From NCBI GenBank assembly GCA_000388065.2, contig KB932204.1: DNA of 64,000 bases; one strand, written 5' to 3'. The translations under genes were made by a program, and so were the position numbers. The number at the start of each line of letters is the position of its first letter. Positions within the stretch are counted from its first letter, which is position 1. Below are positions 61,248-64,000 of this stretch, in pieces. The DNA comes from Fonticula alba ATCC 38817. Its lineage: Eukaryota; Protista; Nucleariida. Below the pieces are notes generated by a model. It was not told the DNA's origin and ran no database searches. It worked only from the letters and a program-made list of their open reading frames with translations.

Positions 61248-62854
61248 TCAGGGAGTCCCAGAGCCAGTCCGAGGAGGAAGTCGAGTGCCTGGGGAGACCA
61301 CACGCGCGGTGTAGGTCCCCATGGAGGTGGCCTCCTTGCGGGGCTGGAGGACGGGCTCCTGGTCTGTCTCGTAGGCCCCGGCCACGGTTTCCGACATAGT
61401 AAGCGGGAAGGGGCTTGTTTTTTTTTTGATTCGACAATGCGCGCAAGTAAGGAGAATGGGATTGCAGGTCGGTCAGGGAGGGGCCGGGAAAGGGCGCGTG
61501 CATGAAGCCGGCATGGGCATAAGTGTATGTGCATGCGTGCGGCGTGCGGGTATGTGGATCGAAGAAGAGGCGCGAGGCAGGGCGCATGCAGGAGGTGGAA
61601 GACATACTTCGTCGTCGGCAGCGTTGCCATGACCTTCTCGCCCAGAACCGAGCTGTGAAGGCGGATGGGCGACGGTGGCGGGGCGGCCATGAGCAGCTCG
61701 CGCGCAATGCGGTGGAACTGCGGGAGGTATCTTTTTTTTTTTTTTTTTTTTTTTGCGCCGGCGGGAAATGGGGCCGCACGAAAGCATGGTGAGAAAGAGG
61801 CTTGACACGAGGCGAGATTAATCGGCACCGGTGAGGAGGTTCTCAAGGGCGGACGCACTCCAGAAGGTAGACCTGCTGTGGACCGACCACAGACCCTGGG
61901 CGCATGAGGCGGAGGTAGCCGATCGCCGACATGGGCCCGGGGAATCCCGCAAAGGCCAGCATCGAGGCGCAGATGAGCGTTCCCGTGCGGCCGAGACCGG
62001 CCATGCAGTGAAGGGCAATGCTGCCATCTACATGAGTGGCCGCACAAGAGGGCAAAATGGGGGATTGCCCCGGTAGCAGGGACCAAAGGGAAGGGCCAAG
62101 GAGGGCACACGGGTCAGTGAAAGGGCCAGCGGGGGCATTTCCCCATCAATGGAGGAGGGGATGGTTGCACGCACTGCGAGAGTACTCTCGAAGAACCAGG
62201 GCCAAGAACTGCTGGAGCACGACATCCGGAGGGTTGTGCCCGTCGGGGTAGATCATGTCAAAGTGATCGAAGCCCTGGTGTTGGAAGTAAGCGCGGTCAT
62301 AATTGGCGTTGTTCAAACGGACAACCGTGGAAATGCCTTGGGACTTGAAGGGGTCCACATAAATGGCTGGCCGGAGGGGGGAGGGGGCAGCGGCAGCGAC
62401 GGTCAAGTCGGGGAGGAGGATTGGTGAGAATGCGAAGGACGACGAAGGGAGGGGGGAGAGGAAAGAACCAACACCGCCCCCCGGGGGGAGGGGGGCAAGT
62501 TTGCCCTCGCCCCAGGTGCACACGCACATGGATGCTGATGAGGAACGGCCAGGTCCGGGCCAGCGAAGGCCAAGAGGCCGCAGCAGCGATCTTCAACCTG
62601 AGCCGCGGTCGACTTGACCGGGGAAAGCTTGCCCTGTTGAATGAGACGCTGCCGAGTGGCCAGCGTCTTGCGCCGGGCCTCCGGAGGCGGAACAACCCAG
62701 TTCCAGTCACCCTGATTGGGGTGGTCACGGAAGAGGTACTCCTGCACGCTGAAGGTGGAAAGATCGAACCACCTGGACAAAAGAGACGGAGCATACCGAG
62801 CCCGAGGGGAGGAAGCGGGGGGGGGGGGGAGAGAAGAGCGAGAGCGAGAGCGAG

Positions 62855-62892
<38 letters not shown>

Positions 62893-63983
62893 AGGGACGG
62901 GCCAGGAGGTAAGGGGAGGAAGGGCGAAAGAAGAGGCAGAGGCACTCAAGGGAAAGTCGGAGATCCCTCCCTCCATGCGGAGGAGGGGGAAGGGAGGGCA
63001 TGTAGGCGGGTGAGATGAGATTTGCTCGCACCCGAGGTCGCGTGCGTGAATCAACCCAGCAAGGCAGTCACGCGGGGAGAGATTGGCAAAAGTGGCCGGC
63101 GGGGTCCAGTAGGAGGGGTCGCGGAAGAGCTTCAGTTGCCCATTCGGCTGTGACCGCATGCACTCATTGACATAACGGTCGATGGCGGTCCACTGAGCAT
63201 CATGGAAGAGGGTCTGTGCCGGCACATGGCGCCGGCAGCACATTGGGTCCGTCGCACCCGCCCGGGAAGGGGGGAGATCGCCGGGGAGACGTGTCGTCAG
63301 TGGAAGAGGCGGAGAAAAGGTGAGGAGGAAAAAAAAAAGGACGATCACGCCCTTCCCTTCGGCCCCGGCAGATGTCCACATACCACGTATGCTCCCAGAA
63401 GGACGACAGCATTGGAGCAGTCCTCCTGGGACTCCTGGTCACAGATCAGCACAATGAGCTGAGCATGGAAGGCCCACCCGGGGAGTGGAGGAAGCACAGA
63501 AGAAGCCGGGAATGGAGGGAGGGATTTCTTGGTCAGCATTTGATCAGGAGGCGGAAAGGCGGGCACAGCATGGGGAGCCACACTTACATCCGGTGCCTGG
63601 GACAGGGTGGAGATATGCTGCTTGATAAAGTGGCCCAGGCGGACGCTCTGGGCAATGTTGAGGGGCCCGAAGTCCAGCAGGAAGCTGGTGTACGGCGTGA
63701 CAACATGTCCCATGGACACCAGCAGAGCCGAGGCGTTGGTGGAGGAAGAGGCATGGTCGCGTGGGCTTGATGGCCGGCGCTGGGCGGCCGCGGGCGGAAC
63801 ATCAGGGCCCGGCAGGAAAGTCGAGTCGTAGGGGAGCGACAGCTTGTGGCAGTCATCAAGCAGGTGATAGGGGGCAAACCAAAGGCCCACCTGTGGCCCA
63901 CCCTGGGGGTGTGGCAAGAGCACCACCTCGTTAAGGAGGGCTGATGCAATGATGCTCAGGTCATGGCGGGAAGTTGGGGTCAT
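61248..63983 (-). CDS. CDC14: Dual-specificity phosphatase CDC14 (multi-exon)
   Basis: A-domain DFGPLN, NAVVLLGAY, FRDPS and GDWNWVVP..LAFAGP. B-domain VVRLNNANYD..F..FDHFDMIYPDGHNP, P-loop HCMAGLGRTG and LRLMRPGSVVGPQQ. C-terminal exons are inferred from splice phases, with the stop at 61248-61250. Confidence 0.92.
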
Positions 63984-64000
63984 CGCACGGGAAGTGGGGG

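Overview
This is 64 kb of a compact, GC-rich, intron-containing eukaryotic genome. Introns are short (mostly about 80-230 nt) with GTGCGT/GTACGT/GTATGT donors and C-, CT- and CA-rich tracts, and there are six assembly gaps. The proteins look like those of a unicellular opisthokont; Fonticula-like is my inference and is not verified. I rebuilt the spliced gene models by hand from the sequence. In order they are: a 5'-truncated membrane orphan, POP1, a convergent tRNA-Arg(ACG)/tRNA-Glu(CTC) pair, an ACAA2-type thiolase, a PX-BAR sorting nexin, an orphan coiled-coil protein, RPS24, a small acidic orphan, DAP3/mS29, KXD1, MAF1, YOS1, an MRH4/DDX28-like DEAD-box helicase, RMI1, a large orphan, PRMT7 and CDC14. 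I saw no CRISPR array, rRNA or mobile element. The standout is the mitochondrial ribosomal protein mS29/DAP3. Its GTPase-like domain is fused in frame to about 2,100 extra residues of unknown, non-repetitive sequence, giving a predicted 2,609-aa protein. The extension sits in one intron-free 6.6-kb exon with extreme codon bias. Secondary observations include an RPS24 last exon whose only coding content is the stop codon, purine-rich AAG splice acceptors, and a fungal-type QPRK motif in the CDC14 tail. All family assignments come from recognised motifs; no database searches were run.
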